Of a stretch of DNA of 64,000 bases, positions 40,097 through 52,162 are shown in pieces. Location of the stretch: the NCBI RefSeq assembly GCF_006345805.1, contig NC_043007.1, positions 54,312,001 through 54,376,000 on the forward strand, read 5' to 3'. A program made the translations under genes and the position numbers. Position 1 is the stretch's first letter. Every line of letters begins with the position of its first letter. Under the pieces are notes generated by a model that had not been told where the DNA came from, made no database searches, and saw nothing but the letters and a program-made list of their open reading frames with translations. This stretch comes from Octopus sinensis (Eukaryota).

Positions 40097-42259
40097 TATT
40101 AGGGAGTATAACTCCAAACTTACATGGAAAAATTCAATTTAGTATTAAATCAAATTTCACAATATAAATATATAAAATATAAATTAGAGATAAAACCACT
40201 ATTATGCAACTATTATGTGATAGACATAAACCAAAACATAAATAACAAATAAAATATATTTTTATAAAACATATAACTAGATCTCAAAAAGTATAAAAAT
40301 GAATAATCAATATATAATAAGTAAAAAAAAAATATATACGTTTCATGGCTACAATTAAATTTAAATTTAATTGAAATAAGTTCAATTTAAAATTATAGTC
40401 AATCTTCAGGTTAACAATAATAGTTAAATAAATAAGCAAATAGAGTTAAGCAATATTTATTTTTAAAATAAATAAAATTTTTCTTATAGAAAAAACTCTG
40501 TTAACTAAAATTAAAACTTAAAACATTAGGATTATTTCCTACAACACATTTATTATGTTAAATATTTAATATTTAAGTTTAAAAAAAGAGTAAATAGATA
40601 GAAATATGTATTTATCTGTGAAGATATAATTTAGCTTAAAAAAACATTAATAAACTATCGAATATCTTTAACTCAGTTATACTCCAATATTTAATTACCA
40701 AATTATTTAACAAAATAATCACAATTAATATTTTTAGATTTTAGTTCGCATATAATAATTCTAAAATAATAAATACATAAAAATAAGTATTTAAATTATA
40801 ATCAACAAATATAGTAATTAAAAATCTAAAATTTTTTCTATCAATAAGCGTATAAACATATAACCAAAAATAAATTAGTCCATTGTTACTTACATAAATA
40901 TTATAGATATCTATAGAAAATATTTATGAAATACAATTTAAGAATTGAAAAATTCAAATTAAAAACGTATAACCAATCTTTATAAAATACTTATTATTAC
41001 TATTATCATCACTATTATCAAAAACATTTTAGGATCTATAACACAAAGTGACTAATATCTTAAAATTTATGTTCAGATATAATAATTATATACTAATAAT
41101 AATTAAATAAATGTACATATCTAAATCATCATTAACAAATAAAAAATTATAAATTCAAATTTAACAATCAATAGTTATATAGAATACAATAATATTTCTT
41201 AAATAAAAAAGTTTACTTATCTCTCGAACAGTGTGTCATTAACTAAAATTTCAAAATGGAAAGCGTCTTTGTAAGCATTTATAAGAAGTTCGGGGAATGA
41301 CGTTATTAACAGAAATAGAACAAACAGATCAAAATATACATTTATCAATGAAAACTACGAATATATTTTAGCTTTAATAGATAACGAGAATAAAGTGACT
41401 AATAGAGAATAGAATCACTATACACTATAATATCTTTCACTATAAAACTAAAATTTAGAATTAACTACGATAAATTATACTCAAAACTCTATAAATTAAA
41501 ATAATTCATATAACTACTATTTACTGTATATTCTACAATAATCTTATACAAATTAATTTATTTCATATATATAAAAAAATATGGTTACGTTGGAGTCAAA
41601 TCTTTATTTAAATAAAACAACTTTTAGACACATTCTATATTAACTCAGTACTAATTCAATCAGTATCTATATTATAACTACTAATTAATAAACTTAAGTT
41701 AATTTAAAAACTATAATGTAATTAATATTCATTAATAAATAATATCAATTAAATAAACATCTAAATAAATCTAATTCAAAATATATAATGTAAATACATT
41801 TGAATATATAAAAAAAAATTTATTATAAACTATAAACTTAACTGTCATTTATAACAAATATATATAATTTATCATATTAATATTCAAAACAAATGCTAAA
41901 CTAATAAATTAAACTTATTATATAAGTAAAGTAATTTATATTTAGATCAAATACTTCGCTCATTAATTGAATAAATAAAGTACATATTATTATTATAAAT
42001 AAATAGTACATAAAGAAAAAAAATTTTTTTAATTATATTTTAATTTTAATTTTTATTTCTTTTACTTGTTTCAGTCATTTGACTGCGGCCATGCTGGAGC
42101 ACCGCCTTTAGTCGAGCAAATCGACCCCGGGACTTATTCTTATTCTTTGTAAGCCCAGTACTTATTCTATCGGTCTCTTTTGCCGAACCGCTAGGTGACG
42201 GAGACATAAACACACCAGCATCGGTTGTCAAGCAATGCTAGGGGGACAAACACAGACAT

Positions 42260-42294
<35 letters not shown>

Positions 42295-42630
42295 CATATA
42301 TACGACAGGCTTCTTTCAGTTTCCGTCTACCAAATCCACTCACAAGGCATTGGTCAGCCCGGGGCTATAGCAGAAGACACTTGCCCAAGATGCCACACAG
42401 TGGGACTGAACCCGGAACTATGTGGTTGGTTAGTAAGCTACTTACCACACAGCCACTCCTGCGCCTATATATTGAAAATTATTTATTTAACGTTACTAAA
42501 ACTATTACCAAAAAATATATATATACTTAATACTATTAATTTTAGTAGATATATAATAAGCATAATAATAACAAATAATAACAATAACAAAGAAATTAAA
42601 TAACTATCTTTTAATCTTTATTCATTAAAT
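40097..42630. other. Ultra-AT-rich non-tandem island of unknown origin, interrupted by a SINE
   Basis: Many 60-base lines have only ~5-12 G+C; A-rich on +; not a simple repeat. Confidence 0.6.
42046..42470 (-). mobile_element. tRNA-derived SINE, full length
   Basis: Minus: ggcgcaggagtggctgtgtggtaag (A box), gttccgggttcagtccc (B box), internal microsatellite, tail tgactgaaacaagtaaaaga. Confidence 0.88.
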
Positions 42631-42672
42631 AAATTATACATTAGTAATAAAATAAACATCTAATTACAATTT

Positions 42673-42704
<32 letters not shown>

Positions 42705-42758
42705 TTCATATATATATATGAAAGAAGGTTTGAAAATGTAATCTTAAAAGATGTTGAT

Positions 42759-42804
42759 TCACTTGACTGGTTTCACATTTTTAGAAAAAGATTGTAAAAA
42801 GTAA
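42759..42804 (-). ncRNA. Probably inactive U3-A8 hammerhead (G5U)
   Basis: Minus: ttactt-TTTACAA-...-GAAA-ccag-TC-aagtga. Confidence 0.5.
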
Positions 42805-42917
42805 CATGTAAAACCTTTGTTGTGTTAGGTACTGGTTGTCACAAAATATTACAATACATATATACATTCTTTGATAATAATAAGAACATGTTAAAAACAG
42901 TTATGAAAATATTAGGC

Positions 42918-43016
<99 letters not shown>

Positions 43017-43057
43017 GTATAAATATATATATATATATATAAATATATATATGTATA

Positions 43058-43470
43058 AATAGAAATATTATTATTTCTAAGTCTCTCTAAGGAGGCTATG
43101 GCAGCGGTACTGGATAGGATATTAGCAGTTATTGCCAAGCTAATATGGCAGTCCATAAATATAGGACGAAAGCTGCCTTTGATTAGCTCCAAGAGGCCAT
43201 CACCTCTAGTTAGCTATATGACACACGAACCTATGTCCATTATAACCTTCAAATAGGGGAGGTCAGCCGCTTCCTCTTGCTGGTCAGGCATCTGCAGACA
43301 TTTCAGGGTATTTGCCCTTTATCAATGCAGAGTAGCCAAACCAAGCAGGTGTCGCTGCTGACTGTCTGTTCGAAAGATAATTTACCTAATTTCAGTGGAA
43401 TTCATCCGCTGGTTTTCAAAAATAGAAATATTATTATTTCTAAGTCTTTCTAAAGGAGACTACTGGGCAG
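43058..43470 (-). mobile_element. PLE pLTR with tandem partial copy
   Basis: aatagaaatattattatttctaagtct repeated at ~43058 and ~43423; diverged relative of 25561-26266. Confidence 0.65.
43291..43331 (-). ncRNA. Minimal hammerhead, U3-A8 variant
   Basis: Minus: tctgca-TTGATAA-aggg caaata ccct-GAAA-tg-TC-tgcaga; perfect stem I, very short stem III. Confidence 0.72.
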
Positions 43471-43524
43471 GCATATATATATGTATATAGGTGTATATGT
43501 ATATATAAATATATATGTACATAT

Positions 43525-43890
43525 ATATTACTTTATTCTTTTATTCGCTTCAGTCATTTGACTGTGGCCATTCTGGAGCACCGCCTTTAGTCGAACAAAT
43601 CGACCCAAGGACTTTGTAAGCCTAGTACTTTTACTAGGGGATGTAAACACACCAACATCAATTGTCAAGTGATGGTGAAGGAAATAAACACAGACACATA
43701 AACATATACATATATATATATATGGCAGGCTTCTTTCAGCTTCTGTCTACCAAATCCACTCACAAGACTTTGGTTGACCCGAGGCTATACTAGAAGACAC
43801 TTTCCCAAGATGCCATGCAGTGGGACTGAACCCAGAACCATGTAGTTGGGAAGCAAGCTACTTACCACACAGCCACTCCTGCACCTATAT
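43525..43890 (-). mobile_element. tRNA-derived SINE
   Basis: Same family as 42046-42470 with an internal deletion. Confidence 0.85.
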
Positions 43891-43899
43891 ATGTATGTA

Positions 43900-43930
<31 letters not shown>

Positions 43931-43979
43931 ACGTATTTATGTATGTATGTTTGTATATATATATGTATGTAAGTATGTA

Positions 43980-46582
43980 GGAAAAATTGAAAATGGAGAC
44001 AAATGCTCAAGATGTTATTAAATCATTTATAACTTCATATCATTGACATATGTTTCAATGGATGCATTCAAAATATATCCAACTGGATGAGTAAAGTTGA
44101 GCAATGCATCAATCTTATCAGGGAGGATATAAACAACAGTGCTCATCAACTAGACATTTTAACAGATATAAGAAACTCCGATACATGTGATGCATACATA
44201 CACACAAACATGCATATACACACACACACATATATATATATATATACATATACGTGTATACATGTGTACACATACACACATAAACATATATACACATACA
44301 TAAACATATGCACACATACGTAAGTATACCTGCATATATGGAAAATGAAGTTGTGAAGGGTATGCTAGAAATTTGAAAATACTGTTGAGGAAACAGACGC
44401 CATAGGGTGAGGGAAGAAGAAAAGGTATAGAGGAAGAAAGAGGCAATGAAAAAACAAGGTTAAAAGAGAAAGGGAGGAATGAGTAAAAAGGGAATAGATG
44501 ATAGATGAAGGGAAGAATATCGGTTATGGGAAGTAAGAATAAAGATAAAGAATAAATATAAGTTGCAGAAATTATCATTAGGTGAGGGGTAGATATTTTT
44601 TAAAAAAGCAAAAGAGTGTTTTTTCCAATGTAAACACCTGGAAACTCATTCATTAAAGGTGTTTATCAGTTTATGTTTAGAAAAGAGGATAGATAGTTGC
44701 TCATCCATACAGACAGGACAAAAAGATTTCCCTTTGTCATAGGGGAATGATCTGAATAAAATTTTCCAATCTAAAGAAAAGAGTTTGTTAGAGTCTTTAA
44801 GGTGCCAAATTAGCTTACTAAGTCCTGTAGAATTATGCTTATGACTGTATTGAAAAGTTGAAAGACAATGTGATATACAGCATTTCAACTTCATAGATGA
44901 TAATCCAATTTAAAAGAATTCCTTAGATCCAGAGGTAATTTTACATTGGTAAACAGCATTTTTAATATGGCAATTTCCATTGAGGACTCTCTTTTTTCCC
45001 TCTATACCTTTTCTTCTTCCCTCGCCCTATAGCGACTGTTTCCTCAACGGCATTTTCAAATTTCTATCATTCTCTTCACAACTTTGCTTTCCATATATGT
45101 ATATGTGTGTATGTTTGTAGGCCTTCCTGTATGTATATGCATGTATATTTATGCATGTGCATGTGTTTATGTATGTGTATGTTTATGCATGTGTACATGT
45201 GTATACATGCAAATGTACATATATGTATATATATATACATATATATATATATATACGTACATACATACATACATACATACAGCAAATAAGAAAATGGAGA
45301 GGATCTAAAAACAACATATATCATCTGGTATGTCTATTTATTCCAATGTATTAGAATGTATTAGAAGAATACATACACATGTAATAACCATGTATTACAT
45401 ACACATGTACTAATATTACAGAAAATAGCAAAGGGTCAGATTGTCACTAGGTACTAGTTCCTTACGGCCGTTAGCCATCTTCATCTCTTCAGTGTTCTGT
45501 AGTGATGGGCAGATAAAGTTTGGATAATGAAAGTGCCTCTAGGCTTCTTCAGAGGGTCTAAGTGGTTGGGAGGGCTAATACATATGAGAAACAGTTAACA
45601 ATAGGTACAGTGGGTTTGTCTTTTTTTAAAAAAGAGCAGGAAAAGAATATGAGCAAGAATAAGAACAAATATGAGGATGTGGGTGAAGTACAACTTAGTA
45701 AATATGATTTGGGTATGGCAAGGGGAAATAAGCTACAGACTTTCCATGATGTATTCCAAGATCCATGTTATTTCGTCCAATGGTGGATAGGTGAATATAG
45801 TTGTCCTCAGGAGGAGTTTTCTCAGGAAGGGTGAATTTAGGCATTATGTTTACATGGAAACACAGTGGTGGATTTGAAGCCTAGAGGCACATTTATCAGC
45901 CAAACTTTATCTGCCCATCACTACAGAACACTGAAGAGATGGAGATGGCATGAAAGATTTCATTGCCTCTTGGCAGAAATGGCCATAAGGATCTAGTACC
46001 TAGTGACAATTCTGATCCTTTGCTATTTTCTGCAATATTAGTGCATATATATGTAATACATGGTTATTACATGTGTATGTATTTTTCTAATACATTCTAA
46101 TATATTGGAATAAATAGACATATTAGAATGTCTATTGGCTGATGTATGTCATTTTCGTATCCTCTCCATTTTCTTATTTGCCATATAAATTAAGGGTAAA
46201 CCACTTTTTACCCCCGCCTATATATAACACTTAATTGTGAGATTGCCACGCAATAACTAGCACTTGGGTATGAATAATTGGGTACACAACCAGCAGTATA
46301 TTGGATAAGTACTACCCCTTAGATAGTTGGTTTCACAACCTCTAACTCAAACAGAAATATGTGTGTGTGTGAGACATATATTGGGGTTTCTTATATCTGT
46401 TAAAATGTCTATTTGATGAGCACTGTCGTTTATATCCTCCCTGATAAGATTGATACATTGCTCAACTTTACTCATCCGGTTGGATATATTTTGAATGCAT
46501 CCATTGAAACATATGTCAATGATATGAAGTTATAAATGATTTAATAACATCTTGAGCATTTGTCTCCATTTTCAATTTTTCC
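43980..46582. repeat. Nested inverted-repeat complex of PLE-like pieces
   Basis: 43980-44187 / 46375-46582; ~44336-44450 / ~44975-45095; ~45290-45520 / ~45900-46185. Confidence 0.75.
44646..44894 (-). pseudogene. Penelope GIY-YIG endonuclease C-terminal fragment
   Basis: HNSTGLSKLIWHLKDSNKLFSLDWKIL..PYDKGKSFCPVCMDEQ; paralog of 60420-60830. Confidence 0.8.
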
Positions 46583-46777
46583 TTTGTCCTCTGAAATATG
46601 TCTTGCTTCTTCCTGTAATTAACTCCCACACAAGTGTGATCATTAATTCCTGGGACACTTAAGCAATATTTGGCTACCTTGTAATCATTCCCCTTGATCT
46701 TTCCTATAAATTGTACATTCATATGTATATGTATATATATATATATCAAAATAAACAACAAGGATATCCAGAGGTAA

Positions 46778-46864
46778 TGCAGTACAATCGTTTCATGCAA
46801 CTCCATTTATTTGAACAATGCAATCATTACATTAATTTAAAATGTAGAGCAATCTTCAGCTGCA
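46778..46864 (-). ncRNA. Hammerhead, canonical core, long stem II
   Basis: Minus: tgcag-CTGAAGA-ttgctctacattt...aaatggagttgcat-GAAA-cgattg-TA-ctgca. Confidence 0.8.
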
Positions 46865-47115
46865 CAAAGACATAATTTAATTAAATTGGAACAGATGAGA
46901 TTTGATAAACTAGTTTATAAATTAAAACTAGCCCCCAAAAAATCAGTGACAGGCAAAGTCTGTATCAATGTATATCTTCTTGAAAAGCTTAATAAAGTCT
47001 ATGCTGGAGTAAAAACAGTATGTTCTTTGTCTATCTCCTTAACTTCTTGGAGATTTTAGGTATAATTATACTAATATGCCCAACAGTTCTAATTTAATTA
47101 AGTTCTATGTTTTTG

Positions 47116-47202
47116 TGTAGCTGAAGATTGCTCTACATTTTAAATTGATGTAATGATTGCATTGTTCAATTAAATGGAGTAGCATGAAATGATCGTACTG
47201 CA
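47116..47202 (+). ncRNA. Hammerhead, inverted sister copy
   Basis: tgtag-CTGAAGA-ttgctctacattt...aaatggagtagcat-GAAA-tgatcg-TA-ctgca. Confidence 0.78.
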
Positions 47203-47543
47203 TTACCTCTGGATATCCTTGTTGCTTATTTTGATTTTAATCACCTTACTTTGAAATTGTATGGCTAATATCGTACTAATTCTGGTGCCTCAACTTACGT
47301 ACCATCTACGAAGTTGAAATGCTGTATATCACATCGTCTTACGTAAACTGCTATGGGTCCCCCAAATGCAGATTAATCATATTTGAGTACACTGCACTGG
47401 GTTTCATCTTTGTTTTAGGCCATTTTCCGAAGATAAAATGTTGACATTTCTTACACATTGTAAGTAGTGTATAATATTTCATGAAAACCTTTTTGTCCAA
47501 TTTGACAGAGGAAATGAGAACATTTTAGTCAGACAAGTAGATA

Positions 47544-48003
47544 CAGGGTGTTCCAGAATTAACGATGATTTAAGTGAAATTGAATGCATTTTTTAAAAAA
47601 CTCTCTTTTATTTATGTTTACCATGTTTAATATGTGTTAAAAGTGTATAAATTTTGAATTTTGTTTATAATTTTATTTTCATTCCTGTGGGACCCCTCTT
47701 ATTTGTCCATGGCAGCTTTTTTTCAATTTGATAGCAATCATTTTCTTTACCTCCATCCCCAAGAAGGAGCAATTGCTTAGCTGAGCTTAAGAACACATTC
47801 AGTTAGCAGTGTAGGAGCTAATGCCTGAAATGCTTCAAAATGTATTTCACAATGCTAAGGAGAAATTTGAAGTATGCAGGGATACAGATATGTTGAAAAT
47901 TTTCAATAGAAGTTTGACGTAAGATTTATAAATCATATACTTCTGTAAGTTTTTAAAATTTGCTCAGTTCATTGAAACAGATAGTTAATTCTGGAACACC
48001 CTG
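47544..48003. mobile_element. Tc1/mariner-type MITE
   Basis: Perfect 20-bp TIR cagggtgttccagaattaac / gttaattctggaacaccctg; TA on both sides. Confidence 0.9.
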
Positions 48004-48139
48004 TAAGGTGTAGCACTGTTAGTTGTTGTGTTGCTCGAGTAAATATTAAAATGAAAGGTCTTTTTGCTGTAAACATCTCATCCTTTTGTTAAGCGTATTG
48101 TATCAAAGAGTATATTATCCAAAATGTATCTCGCCTTTA

Positions 48140-48265
48140 TAGGTGTGGCTGTGTGGTTGAGAAGCTTACTTTTCAACATTCTCACCTTGGGTTCAGTCCC
48201 ACTGTGTTGTACGTTGGGCAATTCTCTTTCATTATAGCTCTGTGCCAACCAAAGTCTTGTGTATT
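48140..48265 (+). mobile_element. tRNA-SINE 5' fragment
   Basis: ggtgtggctgtgtggttgagaag...gggttcagtcccactg. Confidence 0.7.
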
Positions 48266-48485
48266 ATATAATTGCTATTACTGTATTGATATATAAAATA
48301 ACAATAATTAGTTATTATTGTCATATAATAAAGAAACAGAAGTTCATATATAAAAGTGATCTTTTTTCTACTTCAGTTATTACATTTTTCTTCTTATAAA
48401 ATACACACATACAAGAGGAATAAATCTATATATAAATAACACTTTGAGTGTAGCTCCCAAGAAAGAGTAAAAGTAATTACCCAAT

Positions 48486-48507
48486 CAACGACGGGAATTA
48501 CTGCTAG
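48486..48507 (+). mobile_element. Helitron-like 3' terminus
   Basis: caacgacgggaattactgCTAG|T resembles the 3' end of 12207-12592. Confidence 0.4.
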
Positions 48508-48829
48508 TATATGTGTGTGTGTGTGCGTGTGTGTGTGTGTGAGTGTATTTATAAATTGAGGATATTATCATTAACATGGTTATATAAGTGGCTAGCGAAT
48601 AAAAAACGACCACATCGGTAAAATTAATTTCTAAGTACATAATTATAATTAAGGGCACTGGAATGCCAGTGCCTATATGCTAGAAGTAGATGTCAAATAA
48701 CTACAATCCACTCTAAATATATTCTCTACTGAATGTGAGGAAATGAGCAAGAAGATTTACAAATTATATGTAAATTGCGATACATTTTTTAAAACTCCTT
48801 TTTTTTTTTGTGAGTTGAATGGAAAAAGT

Positions 48830-49622
48830 TTTAAAAAAAATAGATACCTGTTTCATGTTGATGTTGAAAATGACGTTCCATTTTCTATTTCAAAAAATGA
48901 GGAGAAAGGATTGTAATGCTGATCACTGTCGTGAGGGTAGGGGTAACTTCCCAGGGAGGGGAGTATAAAAATCATGGATTTTCAGACATTTTTTCATTAT
49001 AAATGGTACCACCTCTCATCATAGTGGAAAAAATTGAAAAATCCCCATCAAAACTGAAAATGCAACTTATGTGGATAACCTATTCTGAAACTCTGCCAAC
49101 CCCTTTTCTGAATGTACAAACATATATTATGTCATCATCTAATCATGACTTTTACATGGTTTCTATGGCTTGATGCCCTTTATATCTCCACTCACTTCAC
49201 AGAGTGTAATGGATGACTTTTAGTGGGCACTGGCACAAGCAAGGTATTCAAGTATCTCACAACTGAGGAGTTAATGTTGATGAGAGGTTAAAGTATGATA
49301 GAAGGTCAAGAACAGGTATTTTGCAGTGAAGGAGATACATGGTTACCTCTGTTGGAAAAGAGAGAAGATGGTAGTAAAGAAGTATCTGAGGATACCCTCA
49401 AGTAACTGGAAAGTAAATATAAGAGCAGTGCCAAGAAGATCAGACAGTAGATAAGTTCACAAAAGTGTAAGAGGAGGATAGCACATGGATAGAGATGAAG
49501 ATGCAGTGAATGGGATCATGGGTGGAAATGTCAATAGTAAATATCAGTTTTGTTGGAGAAAAAGTGGAAACAGTTGGAGGTAGCACAGGTGATGTGAAGT
49601 GTGGACAATATGCAAGAGATGT
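48830..49622 (+). repeat. ~793-bp near-identical direct duplication, copy 1
   Basis: Matches 52978-53771; about five differences noticed by eye. Confidence 0.92.
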
Positions 49623-49837
49623 GAGGAAATGAGCAAGAAGATTTACAAATTGCATGTAAATCTTTTTGCTCATTTCCTTGCATTCAGCCTTGGGTTATGA
49701 ATAGAGAACAAATTTAGAGTGGGTTGTTGGTATTTGATATCTATTTCTAGTGTATAAGCGCTGTCATTCAAGTGACCTTAATTATAATCATATTTTTATA
49801 ATTATATATTTATTTATGTGTGTGTGTGTTGGATTTG

Positions 49838-50445
49838 GTAGACGGAAACTGAACAAAGCCTGTCGTATATATGTATATATGTGTGTGTGTATGTGTGTCT
49901 GTGTTTGTCCCCCTAGCATTGCTTGACAACTGATGCTGGTGTGTTTATGTCCCCGTCACTTAGCGGTTCGGCAAAAGAGACCGATAGAATAAGTACTAGG
50001 CTTACAAAGAATAAGTCCCGGGATCGATTTGCTCGACTAAAAGGCGGTGCTCCAGCATGGCCGCAGTCAAATGACTGAAACAAGTAAAAGAGTAAAAGAG
50101 CATATAGGCGTAGGAGTGGCTGTGTGGTAAGTAGCTTGCTTACTAACCACATGGTTCCGGGTTGTCCCACTGCGTGGCACCTTGGGGAACTGTCTTCTAC
50201 TATAGCCTCGAGCCGACCAAAGCCTTGTGAGTGGATTTGGTAGACGGAAACTGAAAGAAGCTTATCGTATATATGTATATATATATGTGTGTTTGTCCTC
50301 CCAACATCATTTGACAACCGATGCTGGTGTTTACATCCCCGTAACCCAGCGGTTCAGCAAAAGAGACCGATAGAATAAGTATTAGGCTTACAAAAAATAA
50401 GTCCTGGGTCGATTTGCTTGACTGAAACAAGTAAGAGTGAAAGAG
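49838..50445 (+). mobile_element. Two tandem tRNA-SINE copies (first 5'-truncated)
   Basis: 49838-50100 and 50107-50445 match the 42046 family. Confidence 0.85.
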
Positions 50446-50833
50446 AATATATATACAAATACATATATATATATATACACATATACATATGTATGGGAAG
50501 GAAAATGTCATTAAAGACATGTATCGCCTTGACCTTCAAAACGTAGAGTAGATGAAATTAAGGCGACTGAAGAAGGGGAATTTTCCTTGTTTTGTATGTC
50601 CTGTACTCTATTTTTTCGTTGTTTTAAAAAAATGTCCATTTCCTTGGTTTTGTGTTTATGTTTTCGTTTCTCATTGTGTTCGACGTTTTTTTTTTGGTGT
50701 CCTGTACCCATATATGCATGTATATATACATGTAGAGGTAGGTAGGTAGGTACGTACATACATACAAACAAACAAACAAACAAACAAGCAGACGTTGAAG
50801 TTACGATGCATCAAGTTGGAATTTCTCCGTTTT

Positions 50834-51239
50834 GAACCTTTTCGGTTTGAACGGCAGTTTTTTCTAGCGGTGTCATATGAAATTGTCACCCATAATTATG
50901 ACCCTAGTATCGATCTATTGCATTTCAATCTGTTTTAGCGTTAGGGGTGGGGGAAGGGTATCTTTTTTTCTTCAGAAATGTAAATAAGCCCAATCTGTTT
51001 CTTAAACGAGGGACATATTCATACGGCACAGAATGTTTTCACCTCAATAGACGGTCATTGATTGGTTGAAATTGCAGAAATTCAAGAAAAAACAAATATC
51101 TTACAAACCATAGAATTTTCACAATAAAGCCAAGAGAAAAAGATGTTTTATAAACACATTCTACCAGTATACGAAGTTTAAATTTTTTTAGTTACCTAGA
51201 AATTATGTTTAAAAACTGCCGTTCAAACCCAAAAGATCC
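50834..51239. mobile_element. GGATC-family MITE, second copy
   Basis: Colinear with 4008-4418; no TSD recognisable. Confidence 0.85.
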
Positions 51240-52025
51240 GAAATTTTTGTCACGGTGCCTTTGGAAATGCTCCAGAGTATCTTTTTTATAAAAAAATAAA
51301 TTGCGAAAAAGGATGTTTTACCACCGACCCTACCCCACTCCGATTCTGTGGACACTACGCACGATGATTCCCTCTCCTTTGGACCGATTTGGTGGGCACT
51401 ACACACTCAAAAAAAAAATGGGAGAAACCTTGATTTTTTTTGTTAAACATCAAATGTGCTTATGGGGAGAAAAATATTAAACAAAGAAGGAAGGTGATAG
51501 TTAAAAGATATGCTATTTTTTGAAAAGTTTTTTAAAAAATTATTTTTCGTTTGAGTAATAGAAAAGTAAAAAAAAAAGATTTCATGTATCGTGGTGAGAT
51601 ATAAAAAAATTCATTTAAATACGGTGTTGAATATGAATTCCCGATGCAAAAAAGGCGACGATTTAGCTGTTGTTTTTAGCACATCTCTCGACCATCTACC
51701 TTGCTTGTTGTAGTTTAATATTTTTCTCCTCATAAACACATTTAATTGAGTGATGGAAAAAGGTTTAAAAAAAAATAAATGCCATGTATCAAGAAATTCA
51801 TAAATATGGAGTTGTTTTTTTTTTTAACGAACAGGTTTCTCCCATCGCTTTTAAGTGTGTAGTACCCACAAAATCGGTCCGAAGGGTAGGGGAAATCATC
51901 GTGCGCAGTGTCCACAAAATCGGTGGAGGTGGGGGGTAAAAAACCCCCATCATTTTCGCAAATTGTTTTTGCTAAAAAGATACCTCAGGGCATTTCCAAG
52001 GGCACCGGGAAGAAAATAGATCTAA
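51240..52025. mobile_element. Long imperfect foldback element
   Basis: cggtgcctttggaaatgc... versus gcatttccaagggcaccg; inverted similarity continues inward (51460-51510 versus 51700-51745). Confidence 0.75.
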
Positions 52026-52109
52026 AAAAAACCCAGTCAAAACGGAAGTATTCCCCGCTATCTATTTATAGAGATAGCGGGGAATTTCTCCGTTTCTCTC
52101 TCTCTCTCT

Positions 52110-52162
<53 letters not shown>

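Noticed and set aside
40097-42040. Mitochondrial rRNA insertion (NUMT); ttatcaaaaacat near 41015 and gtttacttatctc near 41210 resemble 16S/12S motifs
   Set aside because: The two motifs would imply opposite orientations, and no other conserved 12S/16S cores or tRNA cloverleaf were found; kept only as an unexplained island
45920-45990. ctgaaga...gaaatggcca hammerhead candidate
   Set aside because: No stem I pairing found; the sister arm is deleted in this region
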